A model generated the notes under the pieces. That model had not been told where the DNA came from. It was given only the letters and a program-made list of their open reading frames with translations, and did no database searches. DNA of 32,184 nt from NCBI GenBank assembly GCA_018649885.1, contig JABIHA010000083.1:1-32184 (forward strand), given 5' to 3'. The stretch's first letter is position 1. The number at the start of each line of letters is the position of its first letter. Source of the stretch: Bacteriovoracaceae bacterium (GTDB lineage: Bacteria; Bdellovibrionota; Bacteriovoracia; Bacteriovoracales; Bacteriovoracaceae). A program made the position numbers and the translations under genes. Below are positions 9,326-17,525 of this stretch, piece by piece.

Positions 9326-10231
9326 ATGGCAAAAAAAATCGCCATCGTGCTCGTTTTGCTACTTGTGGCCTTTGGGATCTACAAGTATTTCTTTGGTGCT
9401 GAAGAGGCTCCTGAAGAAATTGTAGAAGTTCAGAAAAAAATAAAAGTTGATACTGAAGAGGTCTCGCTGGGTGATGGGAAGAAACCTGCCCCCAAAGCGG
9501 TGGTGAAGAAAAAGGTTGTTGAAGAAGTCGATCCAGACAATATTAAGTTAGAGGCCACGGAAGTAAAACGAATTGTTGAAGTGGAAGTGGCCAAAAATCG
9601 TAAATTTTTAGAAAAGTGTGAAGAAAATGTCGACAATGCTTTTGAAGATCTTCTCGATGTTGACCCCGATGAATTTTACGAAGATGAGCTATTAATTCAG
9701 CAGGCCTTGGAAAAAATGAGAAGGATGCAATTAAACTCACCTTCTATGTCGAGAATCTTAGAGGTGACTGCAGATAATCCCAAAGGGCTTGATGATAAGT
9801 GGCTAGTTGAACAAAGTATGGATCTCAGACCTTGTAGACCCTTTATGAGAATGGAATTCATGGGAAGGCTTCTTGACGGAGTAGGGGAAGAGAAGTGGAC
9901 TCCAGAGTTTTCAGATCAAATAAAAAGTTTCGTACTTCTTCAAATTAAAGACGGCATACAAGGTGAGTCGAGAATGTTTAGCATCGGCCTTTACTCATCA
10001 CTTTTAAATAAAATGGTCAAACTAGGAATGGTTGACTCTCAATTTGAATCAGATCTAAAGAGAATTGAAGATCAAGTCAGAGACTACACAGAAAACCTTC
10101 GCAACCAAGTTGATGTTAGAGACGCAGAAGATGTTGGAGGGGCCGTTAAGTGGTTCTCACAAGACGTCAAAGAAGCGCGCCGGATTCGTGACGAAATGAA
10201 TGAGATTTATCGTAGTGTTGAGGGGCGGTAG
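9326..10231 (+). CDS. Hypothetical membrane-anchored helical protein
   Basis: 301-aa ORF with AAGGA RBS, one N-terminal TM and a charged helical remainder. Confidence 0.75.
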   Translation: MAKKIAIVLVLLLVAFGIYKYFFGAEEAPEEIVEVQKKIKVDTEEVSLGDGKKPAPKAVVKKKVVEEVDPDNIKLEATEVKRIVEVEVAKNRKFLEKCEENVDNAFEDLLDVDPDEFYEDELLIQQALEKMRRMQLNSPSMSRILEVTADNPKGLDDKWLVEQSMDLRPCRPFMRMEFMGRLLDGVGEEKWTPEFSDQIKSFVLLQIKDGIQGESRMFSIGLYSSLLNKMVKLGMVDSQFESDLKRIEDQVRDYTENLRNQVDVRDAEDVGGAVKWFSQDVKEARRIRDEMNEIYRSVEGR

Positions 10232-10311
10232 TTACCTTGAAGCTTTTTTGCTCACATAATAGCAATCCTACCAAATTAGATTAATTTGATATCTTATAAT
10301 TTCAATTACAT

Positions 10312-10345
10312 TTGAATTGAATTGAATTGAATTGAATTGAATTGA
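10312..10345 (+). repeat. (TTGAA)n microsatellite, about 6.8 copies
   Basis: Six perfect TTGAA units plus TTGA, read directly. Confidence 0.95.
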
Positions 10346-10368
10346 TCTTTTGCTTTTGCAGCTCTTAG

Positions 10369-10698
10369 TAAGTTTCAGCAAAAATTTTGAATTCGAATGT
10401 ATTTGTGCACGCCCCTGGAAAGTGCTGTGATTTAATGTGAGTTTTGTAGAGGGGCTTTTATCAAGGCGTAGGTTTTTAAAGAGTATGGCCTTTTATTGAT
10501 GAGGTGTTTTTGGTGGTAGCAAATGCTTTTATGGACAGGGGAATTGTTAGATTGTGGCTGTTTGGTTTTGTTTGTGCACGCCTTTTTAAGTTTCAGCAAA
10601 AAAATTTGAATTCGAATGTATTTGTGCACGCCCCTGGAAAGTGCTGTGATTTACTGTGAGTTTTGTAGAGGGGCTTTTATCAAGGCGTAGGTTTTTAA
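10369..10698. repeat. Direct repeat of about 111 bp with a period of about 218 bp
   Basis: 10369-10479 and 10587-10698 are near-identical (TAAGTTTCAGC...GGCGTAGGTTTTTAA). Degenerate similarity continues past both copies (TTTTATTGATG...TGCTTTTATGGA.AGG). Confidence 0.92.
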
Positions 10699-11016
10699 GC
10701 AGAGTCATTTTTTATTGATGTGTCGATCTTGCTGGGCCTAACTTTCGTGGTAATTGCTTTTATGGAAAGGTGAATATGTGGGGGATTCGTGAAGCCCAAG
10801 CTTATAGCTTGCTTCTCTCGGTGTGTCCCACCGCAGGTGGTGTTTGGCGTTTTGTGGGTGGTATTCGCGAAGCCGCACTTTACGGCCACTCCGGCGGAGC
10901 TTGCTTCTTTTATTGAGTTCAGTCGTTTTTGGGAGCTTGAGTTTGTATGGGAAATTGATGTAGCTTGACCCTGATTTGAGAGAGTGAGAAGAAACTTGGT
11001 GCAATTTAGATTTTTT

Positions 11017-11886
11017 CTAGCTCTGGTTTATGTAGAGGTCCATTTTTTGTTGTGAAAGTGCGACTATTGCGGCCCTGGTGTTGCAATTTGAGCATAATTG
11101 GCGCACGTTACCGATCGCCGATGATCCTCCCTTGCTGTAGGGGATGATGTGATCAAAGTGTAGGTTGTATTTTGAAGCGCAGTTTTCGCATTTGTTGCCT
11201 GATCTTTTTATGACTGCTTTTTTGATGGCAGCTGAGATGGTTCTGGAATTAGTGATGACTTTAGATTTTCTTGATCCAATACTCATAATCTTTTTTCTGA
11301 TGGATTTTGCAGTAGAGTTAATTGCATGCCCAATTATGTCTTCTGGTTTATAGATTCTGCTGTTGGAAAGCTGCTCTTTAATAAACTCATAATCTTTTGC
11401 GGTTTGTCCCACTAAGGTCAAGTGGATGCGAAGAGTTCCATCTGAGTGTGATCTTGTTTTGGATTTTGTGGCACGCTTTTTTCCTGTCAGATCGTCTACA
11501 AGCTCTCTTGTCTGGGTTTGAGTTTTACCCTTAATGCTATTAAGTATTTCATTTTTCTTTTTATTACTTTTGATATTTCCTACCAAATTTGAGACTTCAG
11601 CGAGGTTAGTAAGAGTGACCTGCTTATTTGCCAGAGCTTTATCTGCACAGGGTACATGCCTTAGGGTCTTAGCTGCTAAAACCCTTCGACTTGTTTCGCT
11701 ATCACTTTTGTTGAAATTTTTTCGAATATATTTAAATAGTGAGCCGGACCCGCTATCACAAAAAAGTCTTCTTCTATTCACTTCATTAATGTGTCGGAGG
11801 AACTGGCGAGTACAGTGTTCCTCTTTTTCATTCCACATTTTAGTGTCTGCAATTAATTTTTTATCTGATAAATTTCGTAGTGACAA
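11017..11886 (-). CDS. HNH endonuclease with DUF222-like helical N-terminus
   Basis: C-terminal CENC...FDHIIPYSKGG.....NVRQLCSNCN. The N-terminus LSDKKL...HINEVNRRRLF...SLFKY...SETSRRV resembles the multi-copy HNH family of Bdellovibrionota/Myxococcota. TTG start with AGGAGG RBS. Confidence 0.88.
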   Translation of the reverse strand: MSLRNLSDKKLIADTKMWNEKEEHCTRQFLRHINEVNRRRLFCDSGSGSLFKYIRKNFNKSDSETSRRVLAAKTLRHVPCADKALANKQVTLTNLAEVSNLVGNIKSNKKKNEILNSIKGKTQTQTRELVDDLTGKKRATKSKTRSHSDGTLRIHLTLVGQTAKDYEFIKEQLSNSRIYKPEDIIGHAINSTAKSIRKKIMSIGSRKSKVITNSRTISAAIKKAVIKRSGNKCENCASKYNLHFDHIIPYSKGGSSAIGNVRQLCSNCNTRAAIVALSQQKMDLYINQS

Positions 11887-12310
11887 AGCTACCTCCTGGG
11901 TGGGAGTAACATAGCATTTAAATCATGTTTACTACATTAAAAGGTTGAGCATTTGTTCTTGTGAGGTGGTGTAGAGGTAATGTAGGAGGTGCTCTACAAG
12001 TTTTAGTTGTGAAAAATCCACTCACATATCTTGTAATAAATCGTGTAAATTTAGGCAACTACAAACAAATCTCTAATGGGGTAGGTAGACGGTTGAGTTG
12101 GAAAAAATCAATGAAAGTAATTTGTGGAAGGTAGTAGAGCTAAGAGGTGCAAAGGAGTTTTAAAAAACAAAATAACCTACTATATCAATTTTTTTCTATG
12201 GAAAAGATTTCTCTTTGCCACACTTTGTCGCGTCTGGGGTGTTGAATTTAAAAAACCAAACCGAAGTTTAGTAAAATGCTAGATGCGTTTACCGCGAAGA
12301 CGAGGTTACT

Positions 12311-13177
12311 ATGGGTAATAGATTTTTTTATACGGTTATTTTTGCATTTCTTATTATTCCCATTATTCACTCCTGTAATCCAGGGCCAGAAGAGCCTGAT
12401 AAAGATCCAGGGCCTGGTGAAGTAGAGGGCATGCCAATTAAGCCAGAACCAGAAGAGATTACATGGTGGATACCGGAGCCCGGGATCTCATGGGATGTTC
12501 AATTTGATCGCTTTCCTCCTCTTACTTATCACGATGGAGTAGAGGTCTATATTCTTGATCTCTATGGGACTCCTGATGATATTTTTAATGATCTTAAGAG
12601 TCGAGGGAATAAAATTATTTGTTATGTTAGCACCGGTACACTTGAAGTTAACCGGGCAGATGCTGATGAATTTCCTGAGTATCTTCTTGGAAATGAAATG
12701 GCGGAGTGGGAAGGAGAATTTTGGCTTGATGTGAGATATACCAAAGAGCTGCGTGAGCTTATGGGGAAAAGATTTGATTACGCTAAAGAGCGTGGTTGTG
12801 ATGCGATTGACGCTGACAATATGGACTCCTACTCAAATAGTACTGGGCTTGATGTCACAATGGAGGACCAAGTTCTTTACAACGCTATCATTGCCACAGA
12901 GGCGCATGATAGGGGGATGGCCATTGGTCTAAAAAATGCTTTGGTGTTAATAGAGACGTTAGTGGATTATTATGACTTTGGATATAATGAGCAGTGCTAT
13001 CAATATAATGAATGCCACTATATGCGACCTTTTATAGAAAAGGGTAAGGCTGTATTTGGTATTGAGTATAAGCTTAATAAAAGAGACTTTTGTGATAGGG
13101 CGAATGAGGAGAACTTTGACTTTTTGGTTAAAGGGCCCGGATTTGATCTTGGACCGTTTCGGGAGTCTTGTCGTTAA
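12311..13177 (+). CDS. Endo-alpha-1,4-polygalactosaminidase (GH114) lipoprotein
   Basis: Lipobox-like IHSC, a Pro/Glu linker, then ICYVSTGT.E, W.GE.WLDVR, GCDAIDADN.DSY, IGLKN, NEQC.QYNEC, KAVFGIEY. Confidence 0.88.
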   Translation: MGNRFFYTVIFAFLIIPIIHSCNPGPEEPDKDPGPGEVEGMPIKPEPEEITWWIPEPGISWDVQFDRFPPLTYHDGVEVYILDLYGTPDDIFNDLKSRGNKIICYVSTGTLEVNRADADEFPEYLLGNEMAEWEGEFWLDVRYTKELRELMGKRFDYAKERGCDAIDADNMDSYSNSTGLDVTMEDQVLYNAIIATEAHDRGMAIGLKNALVLIETLVDYYDFGYNEQCYQYNECHYMRPFIEKGKAVFGIEYKLNKRDFCDRANEENFDFLVKGPGFDLGPFRESCR

Positions 13178-13209
13178 AGTCGTTACTTGAAAATGTCGGG
13201 AATTTGAGT

Positions 13210-13444
13210 GGTTAGATTTGGCCTTTGGGCAAGCCTCGTTGCTGGCTCTGTATGCTTATGGGTAGTAGGCTTCGATACTAAACTTTAAATTTTTGGGTTT
13301 TGTAGGGGTTAGATTTGGCTTTTGGCCAAGCCTCGTTGCTGGCTCTGTATGCTTATGGGTAGTAGGCTTCGATACTAAACTTTAAATTTTTGGGTTTTGT
13401 AGGGGTTAGATTTGGCCTTTGGCCAAGCCTCGTTGCTGGCTCTG
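13210..13444. repeat. 97-bp tandem repeat, about 2.4 copies, REP-like
   Basis: The unit GGTTAGATTTGGC.TTTGG.CAAGCCTCGTTGCTGGCTCTG... starts at 13210, 13307 and 13404. It contains an internal TTGGCC-TTT-GGCCAA palindrome (perfect in the third copy). Confidence 0.95.
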
Positions 13445-13483
13445 CACACTTATGTGCGGGGGCATTGGGGGCGGCGAGCGGCT

Positions 13484-13514
13484 CACAAAATTGTCCCGCT
13501 GGGACATTTTTGTG
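13484..13514. terminator. Strong hairpin between convergent genes (terminator or REP-like)
   Basis: CACAAAATTGTCCC-GCT-GGGACATTTTTGTG, a 13/14-bp inverted repeat just downstream of the lipoprotein stop. Confidence 0.55.
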
Positions 13515-13525
13515 CGCACAAGCGC

Positions 13526-15010
13526 TTACTGCATCTTAGGCACGCAAGCAATTCTTTTATCTGATGGGGTGACGCTCGTTCTGAGACCATCTACTCCATC
13601 ATCGCTTGAGCCGATCTGGCTTGGTGACTTAACTAAGTAAGTTTTTTGATAAGATTTTTTCGTGAGTGGATTGACCGTGTCTGCAGGCCAGTAGTATTTA
13701 ATTTGTTTGAATTCAGATGCGGCTCCATCAGCAGGGATGGGAGTCATATCATCATCAGTGTAAAACCAAATTTGATTTAAAAGTCCTTGTCTGATTAACA
13801 TGTAATCAGGGGGAAGAACTGTCACGGTTCCATCGTCGGCGACAAAGGATTCTGATTCCTTTTCTGCCAGATAGAGCCCTTCAGTATCGGCGCCCACTAA
13901 GTCTTTAAGGATTTGAAAAGTAGGCTCTGCTGTATTGTAGTTGTCACTTGTGGGACAAAATGGATTTCCGTCATTATCAATCCAAGGTTGCATCACATAA
14001 CCCATTCTGGTCGTGCTCTCTGCTCCTGGATAATTCCACCACTGGAATTCGGTGAATATATTAATAGATGCGCCAGTAACGCCGTAGTCGTCTTCTAGGC
14101 TTGTTTCAATATCATCGTTAACGTCGAGTTTACCGTTTTCATCTTGATCGTAAAATCTGATATCTGTCTCAGACCAAAAGTGCATAAAGCCATCTTCTAA
14201 AAATAGGCGAGGGTAGTCAGCACTATCGGTGTTACCGTACTTATTTACATCATGACAAAATAAGAAATCATTTCCCGCCGGAAGGTTTGGTGGTTCGGCG
14301 TAATCTGGGAAATAGTAGTGGTTCATGGCCCCTTGCTCATAGTAATTGTCAGAGCCAGTAGTGGTTCCACTTCTTGTAATACATGTGTACATATTCAGAG
14401 GTGTAACCTGCAAAGGCCCTAGAGGCGTTGACGTATCGATAGACTCTTTTAGACGAAGCTGAATAGTGGAGCTTTTCACGCCTGAGACTTTCTCTTCTAA
14501 GTGAATTAAATAGGTCTTGTCATAATCAAGTGTGGTGATGACCGAGCTAAACTGAGTTGAGCCACTGCTGATAGACGCTTCAAGTGCGGTATCAGAGTTA
14601 TTGTAATCGGCCACAAGCTGACAGCTTGGTACTAATTCGTCTGTACTGAGCTCTACATTACACCAGTTGTATAAATCCCCTAAACTTTCATTTAAAAGAA
14701 TATCTGTTCCCAGTGTTACATTCACATAGAGCGTGAGATCAAGATCATTTTTATCAGAGCAAAAGGAATCACAATTTCCAATATTGTAGGCCACCTTTTC
14801 TTTACAAGCACAGTAGTCACTTTCGAGTTCAACGCCTTCAGGTCTTTCCACTGTCACGGTCTCTTCAGTTTCTTCTTCGCCTGTGGTGTCATCGGTTGTA
14901 TCGAAAGTGTTGAGCCATCGACTCTTACTAGATCCCTTAGAGTCAGGCATACATGAGCTTAAAAGCGTCACCATGGTGAGCATTGTAAGTATTGTGAATA
15001 GTTTTTTCAT
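13526..15010 (-). CDS. Acidic Cys-rich lipoprotein of unknown function
   Basis: The ATG at 15010 gives MKKLFTILTMLTMVTLLSSC (lipobox LSSC). Many Cys and Asp/Glu residues, and one DQDENGKLD Ca-loop-like motif. Confidence 0.8.
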   Translation of the reverse strand: MKKLFTILTMLTMVTLLSSCMPDSKGSSKSRWLNTFDTTDDTTGEEETEETVTVERPEGVELESDYCACKEKVAYNIGNCDSFCSDKNDLDLTLYVNVTLGTDILLNESLGDLYNWCNVELSTDELVPSCQLVADYNNSDTALEASISSGSTQFSSVITTLDYDKTYLIHLEEKVSGVKSSTIQLRLKESIDTSTPLGPLQVTPLNMYTCITRSGTTTGSDNYYEQGAMNHYYFPDYAEPPNLPAGNDFLFCHDVNKYGNTDSADYPRLFLEDGFMHFWSETDIRFYDQDENGKLDVNDDIETSLEDDYGVTGASINIFTEFQWWNYPGAESTTRMGYVMQPWIDNDGNPFCPTSDNYNTAEPTFQILKDLVGADTEGLYLAEKESESFVADDGTVTVLPPDYMLIRQGLLNQIWFYTDDDMTPIPADGAASEFKQIKYYWPADTVNPLTKKSYQKTYLVKSPSQIGSSDDGVDGLRTSVTPSDKRIACVPKMQ

Positions 15011-15362
15011 CACACAACTCATATAAGTATTAATCCCCTAAACCTAACGGTTTTATTCCTAAGCATTATCGTCAGGTATATGGCAAACCTTAGGAAAAAC
15101 CACATTTTGCACTTATTATTTTAAATTTTATTGAGTCTGAGCGCTCTACCAGTGGCCTAAAAAAAGGGATAATTGTTTAATTCCAAAGTGTTGTCAGTGA
15201 GTCCATAAAATTTATTTAGGTGAGTGGGGGGGCGCGAAAAGTTGCCTTTTGGAGCGCAGAGGCAAAAAATGACACGAAAATTCCAACTAGCTTAGAATCC
15301 GTTAAGTGCTAAAATTTACTAGTACTAAAAATTTTTTTGTTTCTTTTAGAAGGAGAATCAAA

Positions 15363-15668
15363 ATGACAAAAGCTGACCTTATAGCGGCCATTGAAAAGCA
15401 AGCAGGGATACCTCATAAGAAGGCGGAAATGGTAGTGAATATTACCTTTGACTCAATGATTAAGGCCCTTTATGCAGACGAGAGAATAGAGATCAGAGGG
15501 TTTGGATCTTTTGCTAACAGGAATTACAAGGCCTATGAAGGGAGAAATCCTAAGACCGGGAAAGTGGTGAAAGTGTCACCAAAGAAAGTCCCATTCTTTA
15601 AGGTTGGAAAGCAGTTAAAAGAAATGGTGGACGCGGGCAAAGACAAATACGTCATTCGCGAAGCGTAA
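15363..15668 (+). CDS. ihfB: Integration host factor beta / HU-family DNA-binding protein
   Basis: MTKADLI...RIEIRGFGSF...GRNPKTG..V.V.PKKVPFFKVGK.LKE. AGGAG RBS before ATG 15363 (the ORF-track start at 15306 is too long). Confidence 0.88.
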   Translation: MTKADLIAAIEKQAGIPHKKAEMVVNITFDSMIKALYADERIEIRGFGSFANRNYKAYEGRNPKTGKVVKVSPKKVPFFKVGKQLKEMVDAGKDKYVIREA

Positions 15669-15678
15669 ACTATTCTAT

Positions 15679-15707
15679 GCAGGTCCGCTCTGGGCCTGCC
15701 TGCTTTT
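15679..15707 (+). terminator. Probable terminator after ihfB
   Basis: GCAGGTCC-gctct-GGGCCTGC stem (one G-U pair) followed by a weak U-tract. Confidence 0.45.
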
Positions 15708-15794
15708 CCCCTTAATTCTCTAAAAACGCACTCCCTTATTTTCAAAGCATTTCTTATTTGTTAAAACGAGTTGTTACTGCATTTTGTAGTTTAA

Positions 15795-15892
15795 GGAGAC
15801 GTGCCCACGGCTTCGATGAAAATGCGGATGAGCATTTTCAATTTGGTGACAGCAGTGGGACACTGAGTGTGGTTAGACAGAGTTCGAAGCCG
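15795..15892 (+). ncRNA. Putative structured RNA or tRNA leader of unknown family
   Basis: A perfect 9-bp outer stem CGGCTTCGA/TCGAAGCCG encloses a perfect 9-bp hairpin TGAAAATGC/GCATTTTCA and a CAGTG/CACTG hairpin. It is preceded by a 12-nt copy of the tRNA-Cys 5' end. Confidence 0.4.
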
Positions 15893-15938
15893 CCCTCTGG
15901 AGAAAAGTGCAGAAGCTTGATCTTTAAAATTTTTATAG

Positions 15939-16016
15939 GGAGACGTGCCCGAGTGGTCCAAGGGAACGGTTTGCAAAACCGTACAGCCGCCGGTTCAAAT
16001 CCGGCCGTCTCCTCCA
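15939..16016 (+). tRNA. tRNA-Cys (GCA)
   Basis: Acceptor stem GGAGACG/CGTCTCC, D-arm CCC/GGG, anticodon arm ACGGT-TTGCAAA-ACCGT, T-arm GCCGG-TTCAAAT-CCGGC, discriminator T and encoded CCA. Confidence 0.97.
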
Positions 16017-16116
16017 CCTAAACAGACCCAATTTTAACGATTCAAAACAAAATTTTTTAACAACTCGAAATCATTCAATCGAGGTTTCAGTAACTTAATC
16101 CAGGTCTTCGGCCCTA

Positions 16117-16135
16117 AACTGTCTCGAACTGTCTC
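16117..16135 (+). repeat. AACTGTCTC x2 direct repeat, candidate integrase arm-type sites
   Basis: Two identical 9-mers with a 10-bp period, about 100 bp inside the tRNA 3' end. Confidence 0.55.
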
Positions 16136-16275
16136 ACACTTTCTGCAAATGGCTTTTTTTGTGCTTGCTCTGTGCTTTTAAGCATTGAGTTAAATTCCAT
16201 AAGCACAAATGACCACGCATTCTTCCTTCGTCGTTACCCATATTTACTCCAAACCCTTTATGGGAGAGGGGGACG

Positions 16276-16318
16276 CAAAAGTGGTCCAAGACCACTTTTG
16301 GACCACTTTGGGTGGTCC
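16276..16318. promoter_or_regulatory. Overlapping GACCAC/GTGGTC palindromes, candidate operator
   Basis: CAAAAGTGGTC-CAA-GACCACTTTTG (11-bp perfect inverted repeat) and GGACCAC-N5-GTGGTCC, just upstream of the XRE gene RBS. Confidence 0.6.
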
Positions 16319-16341
16319 TTTAACTAAAAAGGAACAAGAAA

Positions 16342-16677
16342 ATGCCAAAAAGAAGCCGAGTTAAATCAGAAACAGCTGAATCAAATGCACTAAAGAAGAT
16401 GAGAACAATTAAAGGATTGTCTCAAAGAAAGGCCGGGATGCTGATTGGTGTGCCGCCAACCAAGGTAAACCATACAGAGAATGGGAGGGCCTATATTGAG
16501 AAAAGCTATATCGAAAAATTTATTAAAGGCCTGGGCTATTCTTGGGAGGAGTGGCTCGAATTTGTTTCGGGGAAGGGTTCTAAAAGTAGTCTAAAGGAGC
16601 AGTGTATTTTGTTAATCAGGGGATTAGATGATCAGAAGCTTGGGCTTGTTTTTAATTTGCTGACTAGCTTGAAATAG
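16342..16677 (+). CDS. XRE-family helix-turn-helix transcriptional regulator
   Basis: LKKMRTIKGLSQRKAGMLIGVPPTKVNHTENGR HTH_3-like pattern, AAGGA RBS. Confidence 0.88.
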   Translation: MPKRSRVKSETAESNALKKMRTIKGLSQRKAGMLIGVPPTKVNHTENGRAYIEKSYIEKFIKGLGYSWEEWLEFVSGKGSKSSLKEQCILLIRGLDDQKLGLVFNLLTSLK

Positions 16678-16934
16678 CTCAGCCTTTTCTTGGGTCCATT
16701 CCGGACATGGCTAACATTTTTTTTAAAATGGGTCATTACATTGATTCAATGTACTAAAACTTAATTGTGATTAAAATAGTCGCGGTTTTTCTGTAACGAT
16801 CCTTTCAATAATTTAGAAATCTTAACTCCTACTTCACCACCTCAGATAGATTTCACGCTAAGCAATGTGTGTATTTATAATTTTCTGCTAATAATTTTGA
16901 TACAATGGTTATAAACGAATATTAGGATTATAAA

Positions 16935-17525
16935 ATGGCTGATTATGACCCAAGAGCATGGGAGATTTTAGTTAATGACTATCAAAAGCTAATGGAATAT
17001 GTTGATCCAGATGATAGAAATCTAGATGCATATTCACATCAGATATTTGAATTGCTTTGTAGAGTCTGCATTGACTTTGACCACGTCTGCTTAATTATGT
17101 ATTTAAAGTTGAATTCAAGTGTTCCATATAGGTCATATAAAAACCTCAAAATGAGCCATTTTAAAAGATTTTTTACAACAAACCATCCTGCTTTACTTAA
17201 AGATGAAGTTGGCCTTTTGTTTTGGAAAGATCCTAGTTTGAAATTTATCTCTCCTCTAATAGATTGGGATAGAAATAAGAAGCTTTCATGGTTTGAAGCA
17301 TACAATTTGAGTAAACATTTTATAGGAGCAAACTTTTCTCAAGCATCTATGAAGAATTTAACATTGGCAATATCTGGTCTTTATCTTTTGTTACAGAGCC
17401 ATATGTCTACATCATTTTTTCAACCATATAGCACAAATCGCTCCACTGGTGGTAGCTCAAGTGCCTCAGGTGTTAGAACGAAAAGAATCGATGGACAAGT
17501 TTTTGTTATAAGGACAACGGTATAA
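16935..17525 (+). CDS. Hypothetical protein, HEPN-like (paralogue A)
   Basis: N...YSH...L.RVC and W(F)EAYNLSKH...A...N motifs. Paralogous to the next ORF. AGGA RBS. Confidence 0.65.
   Translation: MADYDPRAWEILVNDYQKLMEYVDPDDRNLDAYSHQIFELLCRVCIDFDHVCLIMYLKLNSSVPYRSYKNLKMSHFKRFFTTNHPALLKDEVGLLFWKDPSLKFISPLIDWDRNKKLSWFEAYNLSKHFIGANFSQASMKNLTLAISGLYLLLQSHMSTSFFQPYSTNRSTGGSSSASGVRTKRIDGQVFVIRTTV

Noticed and set aside
10432..11004. Short minus-strand ORFs downstream of the HNH gene
   Set aside because: They lie in duplicated, low-complexity DNA, use weak starts and have no RBS or motifs.
11017..11886. IscB/Cas9-like or group II intron-encoded nuclease
   Set aside because: No PLMP, split RuvC or reverse transcriptase motifs; only a C-terminal HNH domain.
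13210..13444. Possible CRISPR array
   Set aside because: The would-be spacers are identical, the period is 97 bp and there are no cas genes. It is a tandem repeat.
15758..16021. ORFs 15758..16021 (+) and 15791..15976 (-)
   Set aside because: They overlap tRNA-Cys and the structured leader and have no RBS or protein motif.
16248..16300. c-di-GMP-I riboswitch resemblance (CAAACC...GGGACGCAAA)
   Set aside because: No GNRA tetraloop and no recognisable second helix or receptor. The following sequence is better explained by DNA palindromes. An Rfam scan would settle it.
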